This document shows positions 19,230-29,530 of a stretch of 32,000 bases of DNA, piece by piece. Position 1 is the first letter of the stretch, and each line of letters starts with the position of its first letter. The position numbers were made by a program, and so were the translations under genes. The notes under the pieces are model-generated. The model saw only the letters and a program-made list of their open reading frames with translations, searched no databases and was not told the origin of the DNA. This DNA comes from Idiomarina loihiensis L2TR (GTDB lineage Bacteria > Pseudomonadota > Gammaproteobacteria > Enterobacterales > Alteromonadaceae): positions 2,807,319-2,839,318 of the forward strand of contig NC_006512.1 of NCBI RefSeq assembly GCF_000008465.1. The letters run 5' to 3'.

Positions 19230-19616
19230 TTAGGTTGATTTTAAAAATAAAACCGGTGCTATCCACTGCATGGTGACGGCGATGACAAAACCGACCAATA
19301 ACCACACAGGATATAAATTTGTTACCAGCAATGCGATTGTTAACAACACTGCTGTAAGCAGTAGCTTAACGCCTTCGCCTAAAAAGAAACTTTGTACAAC
19401 TTTCTGATTAGCGCGTGCGCCTGCGTGTCTAAAAGCGATAAGTGCAAATAGAGCGCTTGGTATTACGACGGTTAATCCGCCACACAGAATACCCAAAGCC
19501 GACTGTGTATTTGAAACTGCTATCGTGACAAGTGCGGCTATCAAAACCGCTATAAATTGTGTACCTACAACTTTTCCTGCCAGCTTTTTACCTACCGCAT
19601 TAAGTGCCTGTGTCAC
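19230..19616 (-). CDS. atpI: ATP synthase protein I
   Basis: 128-aa hydrophobic protein, first gene of the atp operon. Confidence 0.85.
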   Translation of the reverse strand: MTQALNAVGKKLAGKVVGTQFIAVLIAALVTIAVSNTQSALGILCGGLTVVIPSALFALIAFRHAGARANQKVVQSFFLGEGVKLLLTAVLLTIALLVTNLYPVWLLVGFVIAVTMQWIAPVLFLKST

Positions 19617-19785
19617 GACTAAAACCTTTTAACTGGCGGCTATTTTTTTGAGGCTTTCAAGCAGCCACAACGAAACTCGCGCTAGTATAAAGATCTGCCA
19701 TGTAATTGCAAACAAATTTGCCTGTAGGCGACGGTTTCTATGCCATTTAACAAAAGTTCTACAACAATCAATGCATTGGAAATTA

Positions 19786-20661
19786 TTATTTGATGTGAGT
19801 CAGAATTCCATCCAGTTCGTCCAGGTTGGTGTAACTGATAACCAGTTTACCCTTTCCTTTACGACCATGGTTAATGGAAACTTTGGCTCCCAGGGTTTCA
19901 GACAACTTGGTTTCTAAATGTTCAATATTAGCGTCTGGCTCTGGTTTTTCGGTTTCTTTGGGAGGGTCTATTGTACGTCTGACGAGTTTTTCTGCGTCAC
20001 GTACGGTCATATCTTTTGCGACAATCTGTTGTGCTACGTCGGCTTGTTGTTCGCCTTCCAGCGCAAGTAACAACTTGGCATGGCCAAGTTCAATATCACC
20101 ACGCTCAAGTAACACTTTAACGCCGTCCTGCAAGTTATTAAGGCGCAGCAAATTGGTCACCGTAGTCCGTGATTTACCCACTGCCTGAGCAACGTCCTGG
20201 TGAGTCATCTGAAACTCGACCAACAAACGTTGTAACGCAGTGGCTTCTTCCATTGCGTTTAAATCTTCACGCTGAATGTTTTCAATTAACGCGATAGCTA
20301 CTGCGGCTTCATCAGGTACGTCTTTAATCAGGCAAGGAACCAGTTCAAGCTTTGCCAGTTGCGCCGCACGCCAGCGACGCTCACCCGCAATAATCTCATA
20401 TTCGTCTTTGCCAACAGGGCGCACAACAATAGGCTGTATTATCCCCTGGGCTTTTACCGAAGCGGCTAAGTCTTCTAAGGCTTCAGGTGACATGTCTTTA
20501 CGAGGTTGGTAACGACCGGGCTTTAAAAACTCAACCGGCAGCTTCTGTAACTCACCTTTAACTTCTTCCGTCACTTGCTCTGATTGACGGTCAGAGTTTT
20601 GCTGATTACTGGTCAGTAAGGCATCCAGACCGCGACCTAAACCTCGTTTTTTTGCCGACAT
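19786..20661 (-). CDS. parB: Chromosome partitioning protein ParB/Spo0J
   Basis: 291 aa. KRGLGRGLDALL N-terminus, GERRWRA motif and an HTH. Confidence 0.95.
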   Translation of the reverse strand: MSAKKRGLGRGLDALLTSNQQNSDRQSEQVTEEVKGELQKLPVEFLKPGRYQPRKDMSPEALEDLAASVKAQGIIQPIVVRPVGKDEYEIIAGERRWRAAQLAKLELVPCLIKDVPDEAAVAIALIENIQREDLNAMEEATALQRLLVEFQMTHQDVAQAVGKSRTTVTNLLRLNNLQDGVKVLLERGDIELGHAKLLLALEGEQQADVAQQIVAKDMTVRDAEKLVRRTIDPPKETEKPEPDANIEHLETKLSETLGAKVSINHGRKGKGKLVISYTNLDELDGILTHIK

Positions 20662-20680
20662 GATTCGCTTTATTCCCTTG

Positions 20681-21472
20681 TTATGATTCTTTTGCTACTT
20701 CTTTACGATTTTCAGAACGTCGGATAAGTTCACCCGCTAAGGCTAAATAGGCCTTTGACCCGGTGGATGACTTGTCGTAGTACATAGCCGGCGCACCAAA
20801 TGAAGGTGCTTCGGCTAAACGGACGTTACGTGGAATTACGGTCCGGTAAACTTTCTCACCAAAGTGGTTTTTGAGCTGTTCTGAAACATCGTTAGCCAGA
20901 CGATTACGCGGATCGTACATAGTCCGCAAAATACCTTCAATTTCCAGCCCAGGATTAACCACGTCGGCCAGCTGACGAATAGTTTCCATTAATGCGGTAA
21001 GACCTTCCAGTGCATAATACTCGCACTGCATGGGCACCAGAATAGAGTCAGCGGCGGCCATGCCGTTAACGGTCAACATATTCAGCGATGGCGGACAATC
21101 GATAAAAATATAGTCGTAGCTATCCTGAACGGCTTTAAGTGCATTACGTAAACGCAATTCGCGTGCAAAAACTTCCATTAACTTAATTTCTGCAGCTGTA
21201 GCATCGGCATTAGCCGCTATTAAATGATATTTACCGTTGGTGTCTTTTACGGCAACGTCGCCGACTGGCTTTTCTTCAATCAGCAATTCGTAAATGGTAT
21301 TTTCAACATCGTACTTATCAACGCCACTGCCCATAGTCGCGTTACCCTGAGGGTCCAGGTCAATCAACAACACTTTGCGACGGGTAGCAGCCATGGACGC
21401 AGCTAAGTTAACTGCTGTAGTTGTTTTTCCTACTCCGCCTTTTTGATTCGCAATAGCAATGGTTCTAGCCAC
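20681..21472 (-). CDS. parA: Chromosome partitioning ATPase ParA/Soj
   Basis: 263 aa. Deviant Walker A NQKGGVGKTT. Confidence 0.95.
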   Translation of the reverse strand: MARTIAIANQKGGVGKTTTAVNLAASMAATRRKVLLIDLDPQGNATMGSGVDKYDVENTIYELLIEEKPVGDVAVKDTNGKYHLIAANADATAAEIKLMEVFARELRLRNALKAVQDSYDYIFIDCPPSLNMLTVNGMAAADSILVPMQCEYYALEGLTALMETIRQLADVVNPGLEIEGILRTMYDPRNRLANDVSEQLKNHFGEKVYRTVIPRNVRLAEAPSFGAPAMYYDKSSTGSKAYLALAGELIRRSENRKEVAKES

Positions 21473-21520
21473 GGGTTTTATAACCTCTTGTTGTTGTCGG
21501 ATAGTCGACTGTCGGTTGTT

Positions 21521-22141
21521 TTATGACCGTTTGCTTATAATGACGATATGCCGGCTCGCGTCAATGCCGGGAACGTTAATTTGCTCAATACTTTCAATTT
21601 TATATTGCTCGGGCAACTGCTCCAGTTCGTCTTGCGGATACAGCCCTTTCAACGCATAAAACCGACCGTTTTCAGCCGGTAAATGTTCACACCACGAAAG
21701 CATATCATTAAGCGAGGCAAAGGCTCTACTGATTACACCATCAAACTGCTTTTCGTCCTGATAGTCTTCCACCCGCGCCTGCACAGCCGTAACATTGGTT
21801 AGTTTTAGCTCATGACAAACCTGACGAATAAAACGGATTCGCTTGCCTAAACTATCGAGTAAAACAAATTCATTATCCGGTTCGGCTATGGCTAAGGGTA
21901 AACCCGGTAGCCCTGGTCCTGTACCGACATCGATGAAGCGCTGCCCATGTAAATACTGACGAACAGCCAGGCTGTCCATAATATGTCGGGTCAGCATATC
22001 CTTCGGGTTTCTCACGCTGGTCAGGTTATAAGCTTTATTCCATTTATCCAGTAAGCCTACTAACGCCAGTTGTTGCTCAATCTGTGCTTCTGACAGGTTT
22101 ATTTGTGCCTGATCTAATAATCCCTTTAACTGCTCTTTCAC
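21521..22141 (-). CDS. rsmG: 16S rRNA m7G527 methyltransferase
   Basis: 206 aa. SAM-binding [15 protein letters not shown]. Lies downstream of mnmG. Confidence 0.95.
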   Translation of the reverse strand: MKEQLKGLLDQAQINLSEAQIEQQLALVGLLDKWNKAYNLTSVRNPKDMLTRHIMDSLAVRQYLHGQRFIDVGTGPGLPGLPLAIAEPDNEFVLLDSLGKRIRFIRQVCHELKLTNVTAVQARVEDYQDEKQFDGVISRAFASLNDMLSWCEHLPAENGRFYALKGLYPQDELEQLPEQYKIESIEQINVPGIDASRHIVIISKRS

Positions 22142-22150
22142 ATTTCTTCC

Positions 22151-24046
22151 TTAAGCACTTTTACGCAATAAACCCTGTTTTTTCAGGTGAACCAATAACA
22201 TTGAAACAGCCGCCGGAGTAATTCCGGAAATACGCGCTGCTTTACCAACGGTCTCAGGCTGATGATCATTTAATTTCGCAACCACTTCGTTCGATAACCC
22301 CTTAATTTTAGCGTAATCGAAAGGCGAGGGCAGCAAGGTATTTTCATGACGTTGTTGTTTTGCTATTTCTTCCTGCTGACGCGTTATATAACCCGCGTAT
22401 TTAATTTGGATCTCAACTTGTTCTGCCGCTAAAGGATCCTCTAACCCCGGCGCAAAAAAGTCAGTTAAGGCTAAATCTTTGTAATGAATTTCCGGGCGGC
22501 GTAATAGTTCTTCGCCACTGACTTCTTTGGTGACAGGGCTTTTAACCAGCGCGTTAATTTGCTCTACAGATGCATGATCTTTATGCACCCAGGTAGTTTT
22601 TAAACGTTGTTTTTCCTGCTCGACTGATTCCATTTTCTTATTAAACGCGGCCCAGCGTTCATCATCCACTAAACCGAGATTACGACCAATTTCAGTTAAT
22701 CGCATATCAGCGTTATCTTCACGCAGCAACAGGCGATATTCAGCGCGCGAAGTGAACATACGGTAAGGTTCCTGAGTGCCCAAAGTCGATAAATCATCGA
22801 TCAACACACCCATGTAGGCCTGATCGCGTCGTGGTGCCCAGGATTCTTTGTCCTGAGCCTGCAACGCGGCATTTAAACCGGCAATAAGCCCTTGCGCACC
22901 GGCTTCTTCATAGCCTGTTGTGCCGTTAATTTGGCCAGCGAAGAACAAGCCGTTAATGACTTTGGTTTCCAGAGATTGTTTCAGATCTCGGGGATCAAAG
23001 TAATCGTATTCGATCGCATAACCTGGGCGTGTGATATGCGCATTTTCAAAGCCTTTAATTGACTGAACGAGACGTTGCTGAACATCAAACGGCAAGCTGG
23101 TTGAAATGCCATTAGGGTAAATTTCAAAGGTATTTAAGCCTTCTGGTTCAACAAAAATTTGATGCGAGCCTTTGTCAGCAAAACGCACAATTTTATCTTC
23201 AATTGAAGGACAGTAACGTGGTCCTACGCCTTCAATCACACCAGAATACATGGGTGAACGATCAAGCCCTGAACGAATAATTTCGTGGGTATTTTCGTTG
23301 GTGTGCGTGATGTAACACGGAATTTGTTGCGGGTGATCAGAACGAGAACCCATGTAAGAAAATACTGGAGTCGGATTATCGCCCGGTTGTTCCTGCATAA
23401 CGGAAAAATCAACGCTGTGACTGGCTATACGCGGTGGCGTACCGGTTTTTAAACGTTCAACTCGTAACGGCAATGCACGTAATCGTTTAGCTAATGCGTT
23501 TGATGGAGGATCGCCTGCGCGACCGCCCTGGTAGTTATCCAGACCAATATGGATTTGTCCGCCGAGGAATGTTCCTACGGTTAGCACCACGGTTTTTGCC
23601 GTAAATTTAAGACCCATTTGGGTAACAACGCCAGTAACGCGATCGTTCTCGACGATCAGATCGTCACAACCTTGTTGGAATATTGACAGATTCGGTTGGG
23701 TTTCCAGTGCGTAGCGGATCGCTTGTTTGTAAAGCTGTCGGTCAGCCTGAGCTCTGGTTGCGCGCACTGCAGGGCCTTTGGATGAATTCAGTGTTCTGAA
23801 TTGAATTCCGGCTTTGTCAGCTGCTTTGGCCATAACGCCGCCAAGTGCATCGATCTCTTTTACTAAATGACCTTTTCCTATTCCCCCAATGGCTGGGTTA
23901 CAGGACATTTGCCCTAAAGTATCAATATTATGCGTAAGCAATAGGGTTTTAACACCTAAACGAGCGGCGGCTAACGCAGCTTCTGTTCCGGCGTGTCCTC
24001 CACCGACAACAATAACGTCAAAGTGTTGTTGGCTCTGTTGTGACAT
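22151..24046 (-). CDS. mnmG: tRNA uridine-5-carboxymethylaminomethyl modification enzyme (GidA)
   Basis: 631 aa. FAD-binding [14 protein letters not shown]. Highly conserved. Confidence 0.97.
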
Positions 24047-24139
24047 GCAAAGTGACCTTTGTTTGAAGAATAGGAAGTTAGCCGGTTATTTTAACGCGAT
24101 TTCACTTAAATCTAAATGGTTAAATTTCGTTCAGTGCTG

Positions 24140-24440
24140 TTAAAGATCTTAAAGAAGATCAGTAAAGGATCTTATTTAGATCTTTTATTACTATTACTAC
24201 TAGTCAGTGGATTTCTGTGAATAGATCGCTGAAGCCCTTTTTTTATATATCCTGGAGTAAGATCACTCTTTGTAGATAAGTGACCTTGAACCGGGATCAT
24301 AGATCGTGGATAAGTAGGGTAGTTATACACAGATCAGTTTATCCCCAGTGTTATACCCACTTCACTGACAGTGCTTAAGTGATCTTATTCCAACCTTAGT
24401 CACAAGCTGAAATCCTTGTGCACAAGCCTGTGGGTATGAT
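24140..24440. other. oriC: Chromosomal replication origin oriC (E. coli/Vibrio type)
   Basis: Lies between mnmG and mioC. AT-rich GATC-headed 13-mers occur at 24145-24191 (GATCTTAAAGAAG, GATCTTATTTAGA, GATCTTTTATTAC). Eleven GATC sites occur in about 300 bp. DnaA-box matches: TGTAGATAA 24271-24279, cGTGGATAA 24305-24313, TTATACACA 24323-24331, TTATCCCCA 24339-24347, TTATACCCA 24351-24359, TGTGGGTAT 24429-24437. Confidence 0.85.
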
Positions 24441-24889
24441 CACAGAGCCTTTACAGCATCAGCGATCGCGGGCAGCCAGTTTAACGTTTTCTCTTCCGGA
24501 TCGTCTTCCAGCATATCAATTTCTAAACGATCGGTTATTTGAGTTCCACCTAATTCCTGTAAGCGTTTATCACAATGTCGACCGGCTTCACAGAAGGTGT
24601 CATAACAGGACTCACCAACAGCTACTACGGCATAGTTCAGTCCGGCTAAATCAGGACTTTGGGGATCATTTATTTCGTCGTAGAAATCGAGCATGGAGTC
24701 GGCATAATCACCTGCACCATGGCTGGCAAGAAAAATTAACCAGGGTTGATCGCTGGGCAGCTTCTCAAACTCCGGTTCGTAATGGAGTTCGGTTTCAATG
24801 CCCTGCTGATTTAACTTTTCGCTGACAGTATCGGCTAAAAACTCGGTATTTCCGGAGGTTGTACCCACTAAAAGATGTAAAACGGTCAT
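24440..24889 (-). CDS. mioC: Flavodoxin-like FMN protein MioC
   Basis: 149 aa. Flavodoxin N-terminus LLVGTTSGNTEF. Similarity to E. coli MioC, in the canonical position reading into oriC. Confidence 0.88.
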   Translation of the reverse strand: MTVLHLLVGTTSGNTEFLADTVSEKLNQQGIETELHYEPEFEKLPSDQPWLIFLASHGAGDYADSMLDFYDEINDPQSPDLAGLNYAVVAVGESCYDTFCEAGRHCDKRLQELGGTQITDRLEIDMLEDDPEEKTLNWLPAIADAVKAL

Positions 24890-24947
24890 AAAATTTCTAA
24901 CTCATTTGCTACTATTAAAAACACGAGAATCATACAGGAGAATCTAA

Positions 24948-25445
24948 ATGGTAAAAGCTCTGGTTAATGTATTAGTCGCTTTTAGTGTAGCAATAGTTTC
25001 AACGAATGTTTTTGCAGGCATTGAGTCACCGAAACAGGTGTCGGATAAGTTATGGGTGATGGGCACACCATCAAACGAGCAATTGACTGACTTTGCTGAT
25101 GAAGGTGGTGATGTGGTGATTAATCTGCTGTCGCAGAAAGAAATGACCGACAGTGAGGAAGCCGCAGTGGTTACCCTTAATGGTATGGCGTATTACCATG
25201 TTCCGGTAAATGGAGCTGATGGAGTAACGCTTGCTAACGCACGCCTGGTTGATCGTATTTTATTAGAGAACAGCGATAAAACCGTGCTGGTTCATTGTGC
25301 TTCCAGTAACCGCGTTGGGGCGTTAATGGCATTGCGTGCCGGCTGGTTAGATGGAATGTCGGTAGAAAACGCGTTAGAAGTTGGACGCGAGCATGGAATG
25401 ACGTCTCTGGAAGATAGAGTGAAGTCGATGCTTTCAGAACAGTAA
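24948..25445 (+). CDS. Exported DUF442/PTP-fold phosphatase-like protein
   Basis: 165 aa. N-terminal signal peptide (…TNVFA/G). Cys-loop VLVHCASSNRVG resembles the DUF442 (TIGR01244-like) CxxxxR loop. Confidence 0.6.
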   Translation: MVKALVNVLVAFSVAIVSTNVFAGIESPKQVSDKLWVMGTPSNEQLTDFADEGGDVVINLLSQKEMTDSEEAAVVTLNGMAYYHVPVNGADGVTLANARLVDRILLENSDKTVLVHCASSNRVGALMALRAGWLDGMSVENALEVGREHGMTSLEDRVKSMLSEQ

Positions 25446-25473
25446 AATGAATTGCAAAGGTACTACAGAAGAG

Positions 25474-25506
25474 AAAAAGGCCAGCTCAAATGAACTGGCC
25501 TTTTTT
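25474..25506. terminator. Bidirectional terminator between the convergent DUF442 gene and gloA
   Basis: aaaaa-ggccag-(10-nt loop)-ctggcc-tttttt. Confidence 0.6.
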
Positions 25507-25519
25507 CACGGTACCATCG

Positions 25520-26074
25520 TTATTTTAAGTGCTCTTTCAGCAATTCCGGTTGGCGATCCGGTGTGAATATTTCAATCCAGTAGCCATCCGAGTCTTTAAT
25601 AAAGGCAATGCCTTTCATTTTACCGTCGTTCGGGCGTTTTTGAAATTCTACGCCCATTTTTTCGAAGCGCTCACAAGCGGCATCAATATCTGGTACGGCG
25701 AAACCTATGTGACCAAAGCCTTTAGGCTCTTCATTACCACTGTGATAAGACACTGAGTCGTCGTTCTCGTCACCCCAGTTGTGAGTCAGTTCCAGCATGG
25801 CCGGTCGACCAAAGGTCTGTTCAATGCGCTTGTCATGGTCGGTTGACCAACCTTTACGTTGTTCAGGCGACATGGCAGCCATGAAATACAACGTAAACTC
25901 CATTTCTGGAAAGTCGAACCGCTTAACTAATGTCATGCCCAGAACTTCACTGTAGAATTTTAAGGTGCGCTCGGGGTCTTTAATACGGAACATAGTCTGG
26001 TTAAACACAAAGTCGTGTGTTGCGGGGTCATGTTGTTCAGACAGACCCTTGGCTTCATCAAAATGTCTGCTCAT
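25520..26074 (-). CDS. gloA: Lactoylglutathione lyase (glyoxalase I, long eukaryote-like form)
   Basis: 184 aa. [37 protein letters not shown] and GYWIEIF are typical of Glo1-type enzymes. Confidence 0.85.
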   Translation of the reverse strand: MSRHFDEAKGLSEQHDPATHDFVFNQTMFRIKDPERTLKFYSEVLGMTLVKRFDFPEMEFTLYFMAAMSPEQRKGWSTDHDKRIEQTFGRPAMLELTHNWGDENDDSVSYHSGNEEPKGFGHIGFAVPDIDAACERFEKMGVEFQKRPNDGKMKGIAFIKDSDGYWIEIFTPDRQPELLKEHLK

Positions 26075-26150
26075 AATGTCATCCTTAGTCGGTTCATTGA
26101 GTAACTGTTGTTACACTATGTATTGGGTTTAGCTGGAGAGAGTTCAAGTC

Positions 26151-26402
26151 GTGAGCTGGGCGGTTTATCTAATTAAATGTGCAGACAATACGTTTTATAC
26201 CGGTGTCACAACTGACATTGAGCGGCGTGTGAATGAGCATAATACGGACGATAAAAAAGGAGCTAAGTACACCAGGGCGCGTCGTCCGGTGGCACTTGTC
26301 TGGAGTGAGGAGCACCCGAACCGAACTAAAGCATGCCAGCGTGAATATGAAATTAAACGTTGGCCGCGCGCTAAAAAGGTTGAGTTAACCGGTGGAATTT
26401 AA
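26151..26402 (+). CDS. GIY-YIG domain protein (UPF0213/YhbQ-like)
   Basis: 83 aa, GTG start. VYLIKCADNTFYTGVTTDIERRVNEHN is a GIY-YIG signature. Confidence 0.8.
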   Translation: MSWAVYLIKCADNTFYTGVTTDIERRVNEHNTDDKKGAKYTRARRPVALVWSEEHPNRTKACQREYEIKRWPRAKKVELTGGI

Positions 26403-28064
26403 CCGCTTTTGGCCGGTTAAAAGGTGCCCGAGAATGGCGTTTTTGTCTTTCATTCCCAGTTTGTCGCTAATTTGGGTGAGCTTGATTACGCGATGGTAGA
26501 AACGTGCTTTACGTCGATTGTACTGGCTTTCGGTGAGTTTTGTTTTATTCAGCTGGTCAATTTCTTCGGTCAAAGTTTGCAGTAAGCTTTGATAACGCGC
26601 TTTTAAATTGGTTGGATAAATAAGCCGATAAGCAATTAACGAAAGTAGGGGGGCTGCAACGACTGCCAGAGCAATACTCGCTGAATGACCAAGGTGGAAC
26701 GAATAACCTATAGAGGGCTGCATTAACAGCAAAAAGACCAGGTTGAAATCCATACTGCCGTTCGCCGTTTTTTGATGAGCCATAGGAAAACCCGCCAGCA
26801 AAATAACCGGCATTAAAGCAACCAGCATCCATAAAATGGAATCCTGATATTGCCAGACCGTTGCCTGAATAAGTACTGCTGTTAGCGCGCCGGCACACTG
26901 CCCAAAAAATACATATTTCATGGTTAATGCCGGATTGTCTGCGGTGGAGAACAGCGTCAACATAACTGAAGCACCCAGCATTAAATAAGCGAATTGAAAT
27001 AATTCGGTATACCACCAGCTTGCGCCAATGAGCCCCATAATAACGAACGTTCGTATGGCGGCCTGGCGTGCACCCAACCAGTCGCGATGCAAAATGGTTT
27101 TGCTGAGTAAGGTGGAAGTGGCGGTTTTGCCTGAATCACGAAAAGATAACCGGTCATTGGTTGCTTCAACGAATTCATTAAAGCGCTTTTTCAATGCGGC
27201 GTTTTTAATGGATTCCAGAGCATTTTTAAGAGGTTCTATAATTTCAGTTCGTTTAGCGGAAGCATTTAATTTATTTGACGCGTCGAGTAAGTAATCGCTT
27301 ACTTCCAAATTTTTTTCTGGCTCCTGGATATTCAGTTCAGCCAAAAACCCCAATTGGCTGTTAATAACTACACGTAACGTTTTGGCCGATTCATGAGCAC
27401 TGACAGAGCCGGTACCGTGATCGAGCAGTTGGGCTTCCAGTGCTGCCAGTTTTGATAATTTATCGGCAAGGTTTAAATCGTTATTATCCGGTTCGGCGAA
27501 GTAACGGCTAATATCGTGCAAGTTAGCCGCGGTTTGTCGGCGAAGTTGGTTAATTAAGCTTTGTTCCGCTCTTTTATAAGTAAAAGCCCAGCCAATAACG
27601 AGTGATGTCATAATGCCGACAAAAACCGTGAGTAAACGGTCAACACCCAGCGGCATGAGTGCGTCTGAGCTTTGTGTTAGCAACACCACCATGGACGCTG
27701 AATAACCGGCAAGTATGGTGCCGTAAGAAATGAGCCCGTGCAGTAAATTACCCGTGTAAACACAAAGCGATACCCACAGAGTTAAGCCCGCCACCAGCCA
27801 AATGATTTCGCCACTGGCAGAAACAACCAGCACCATACCGAACATAGTCCCTAAAAGAGTGCCTAACGCCCGGTATGCGGCCTTTTCTATAAGAAGACCA
27901 CGAGTTGGCTGGGAAACAGCCCAAACCGTCATAGCAGACCATTGAGGATGCTCTAAGCCCATAGCCCAGGCAATAATAAGAGATAAGCAGGCAGCAACGC
28001 CGGTTCGGAAGCCAAACCGCAGGCGAACATAGTCAAACCCCCATTGCGCTAACTTGTCTTTCAC
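26385..28064 (-). CDS. FUSC-family (fusaric acid resistance / AaeB-like) inner-membrane exporter
   Basis: 559 aa. Two hydrophobic multi-TM blocks separated by a helical soluble linker. The N-terminal FRTGVAACLSLIIAW...HPQWSAMTVW is typical of FUSC. The 3' end overlaps the convergent GIY-YIG gene by 18 nt. Confidence 0.7.
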   Translation of the reverse strand: MKDKLAQWGFDYVRLRFGFRTGVAACLSLIIAWAMGLEHPQWSAMTVWAVSQPTRGLLIEKAAYRALGTLLGTMFGMVLVVSASGEIIWLVAGLTLWVSLCVYTGNLLHGLISYGTILAGYSASMVVLLTQSSDALMPLGVDRLLTVFVGIMTSLVIGWAFTYKRAEQSLINQLRRQTAANLHDISRYFAEPDNNDLNLADKLSKLAALEAQLLDHGTGSVSAHESAKTLRVVINSQLGFLAELNIQEPEKNLEVSDYLLDASNKLNASAKRTEIIEPLKNALESIKNAALKKRFNEFVEATNDRLSFRDSGKTATSTLLSKTILHRDWLGARQAAIRTFVIMGLIGASWWYTELFQFAYLMLGASVMLTLFSTADNPALTMKYVFFGQCAGALTAVLIQATVWQYQDSILWMLVALMPVILLAGFPMAHQKTANGSMDFNLVFLLLMQPSIGYSFHLGHSASIALAVVAAPLLSLIAYRLIYPTNLKARYQSLLQTLTEEIDQLNKTKLTESQYNRRKARFYHRVIKLTQISDKLGMKDKNAILGHLLTGQKRLNSTG

Positions 28065-28098
28065 TGGTGCTCCTTAGTTGTACGACTAAGAAAAAGCT

Positions 28099-29475
28099 TT
28101 ATTTACCAATACAAAACGAACCAAAAATCTGGCCAAGGAGATCATCGGAAGTGAATTCGCCGGTAATTTCATTGAGGTGCTGTTGAGTTAGACGCAGTTC
28201 TTCTGCCAGTATTTCACCTGCCATATTGGCTTCTAACTGTTCCAGACCTTGCAGTAGATGTACTTTCGCTTTAGCCAGAGCCTCTAGATGGCGGCGTCTT
28301 GCCATGAAACTGCCTTCGGAGGTTGCACTGTAACCAACACAATGTTTTAGGTGTTCTCTAAGCAATTCAATGCCGTGTCCGGTTTTGGCGGAAAGATGAA
28401 TAACCGGAATGTTGTTGTGTTCATCTATACCCGTGGGCTCTTCCGATAAATCGACTTTATTGCGAATAACGGTGTAGGGCATATCTTCTGGTAGCTGAGC
28501 GAAAAACTCTGGCCAAATATCGTCGGGATGAATGGCAGAGGTTTCCTGACTGTCGACCATAAACAGCACGCGGTCAGCCTGGCGTATTTCATCCCAGGCG
28601 CGTTCAATACCAATTTTCTCAACATGGTCAGGGCTTTCGCGTAAACCTGCGGTATCGATAATATGCAGCGGCATACTGTCTATTTGAATGTGCTCCCGCA
28701 GAACATCGCGAGTGGTTCCGGCTATTTCTGTCACAATAGCTGATTCACGACCCGCCAGCGCGTTAAGCAAGCTGGACTTACCCGCATTGGGGCGTCCGGC
28801 AATAACAATGCGCATGCCTTCGCGCATGAGCGTGCCTTGCTTGGCTTCTTGTTCTATGTGGAACAGCTGGTCGATAATTTCAGCTAAATCGCCGGATACT
28901 TTGCCATCGGAAAGAAAATCGATTTCTTCATCAGGAAAGTCGATAGCCGCTTCAACGTATATTCTCAGGTGAATAACGGCGTCTACCAACTGATCAATTT
29001 TATGAGAAAACTCACCTTTTAGGCTTTGTAAGGCGGCTTTTGCGGCCTGCTCTGAGTTGGTATCAATTAGGTCGGCAATGGCTTCTGCCTGGGTGAGATC
29101 GAGCTTGTCGTTTAAGAATGCTCGTTCGCTAAACTCACCGGGACGAGCAGGGCGAATACCGGGAATTTCCAGTATTGCTCGAATTATCATATCGATAATA
29201 ACCGGCCCGCCGTGGCCTTGCAGTTCTAAGACATCTTCTCCGGTAAAGGAGTTTGGACCTGGGAAAAAGAGCGCTATGCCTTCGTCCAACAGTTGTTCCT
29301 GTAAGTCATAAAAAGGCAAGTACTCTGCTTTACGAGGCTTGGGGCAGTGACCTAACAGCTTTTCTGCAACCTCTTTACAGGCTTTTCCGCTCACGCGAAC
29401 AATACCAACACCGCCGCGTCCGGGAGGCGTTGCCTGAGCTACTATGGTGTCGTCAAAATCTGTTTCAGTTTGCAT
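28099..29475 (-). CDS. mnmE: tRNA modification GTPase MnmE (TrmE)
   Basis: [23 protein letters not shown]1 motif GRPNAGKSS, and the C-terminal CIGK. I place the start at ATG 29475 (SD GGGAG upstream) rather than the TTG at 29490 used by the ORF track. Confidence 0.95.
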
Positions 29476-29500
29476 TTTTGCTGCTCCCAAAAGGACTAAA

Positions 29501-29518
29501 GCCCGGCATTAGCCGGGC
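29501..29518 (-). terminator. Weak hairpin between yidC and mnmE (possible attenuator/terminator)
   Basis: gcccggc-atta-gccgggc, with only a short T-run on the minus strand. Confidence 0.3.
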
Positions 29519-29530
29519 CTTAATGCTGGA

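Noticed and set aside
29476-29490. Five-codon N-terminal extension of mnmE from a TTG start (MGAAK)
   Set aside because: The ATG at 29475 gives an N-terminus matching other MnmE proteins. The supposed extension itself contains the SD (GGGAG) for that ATG.
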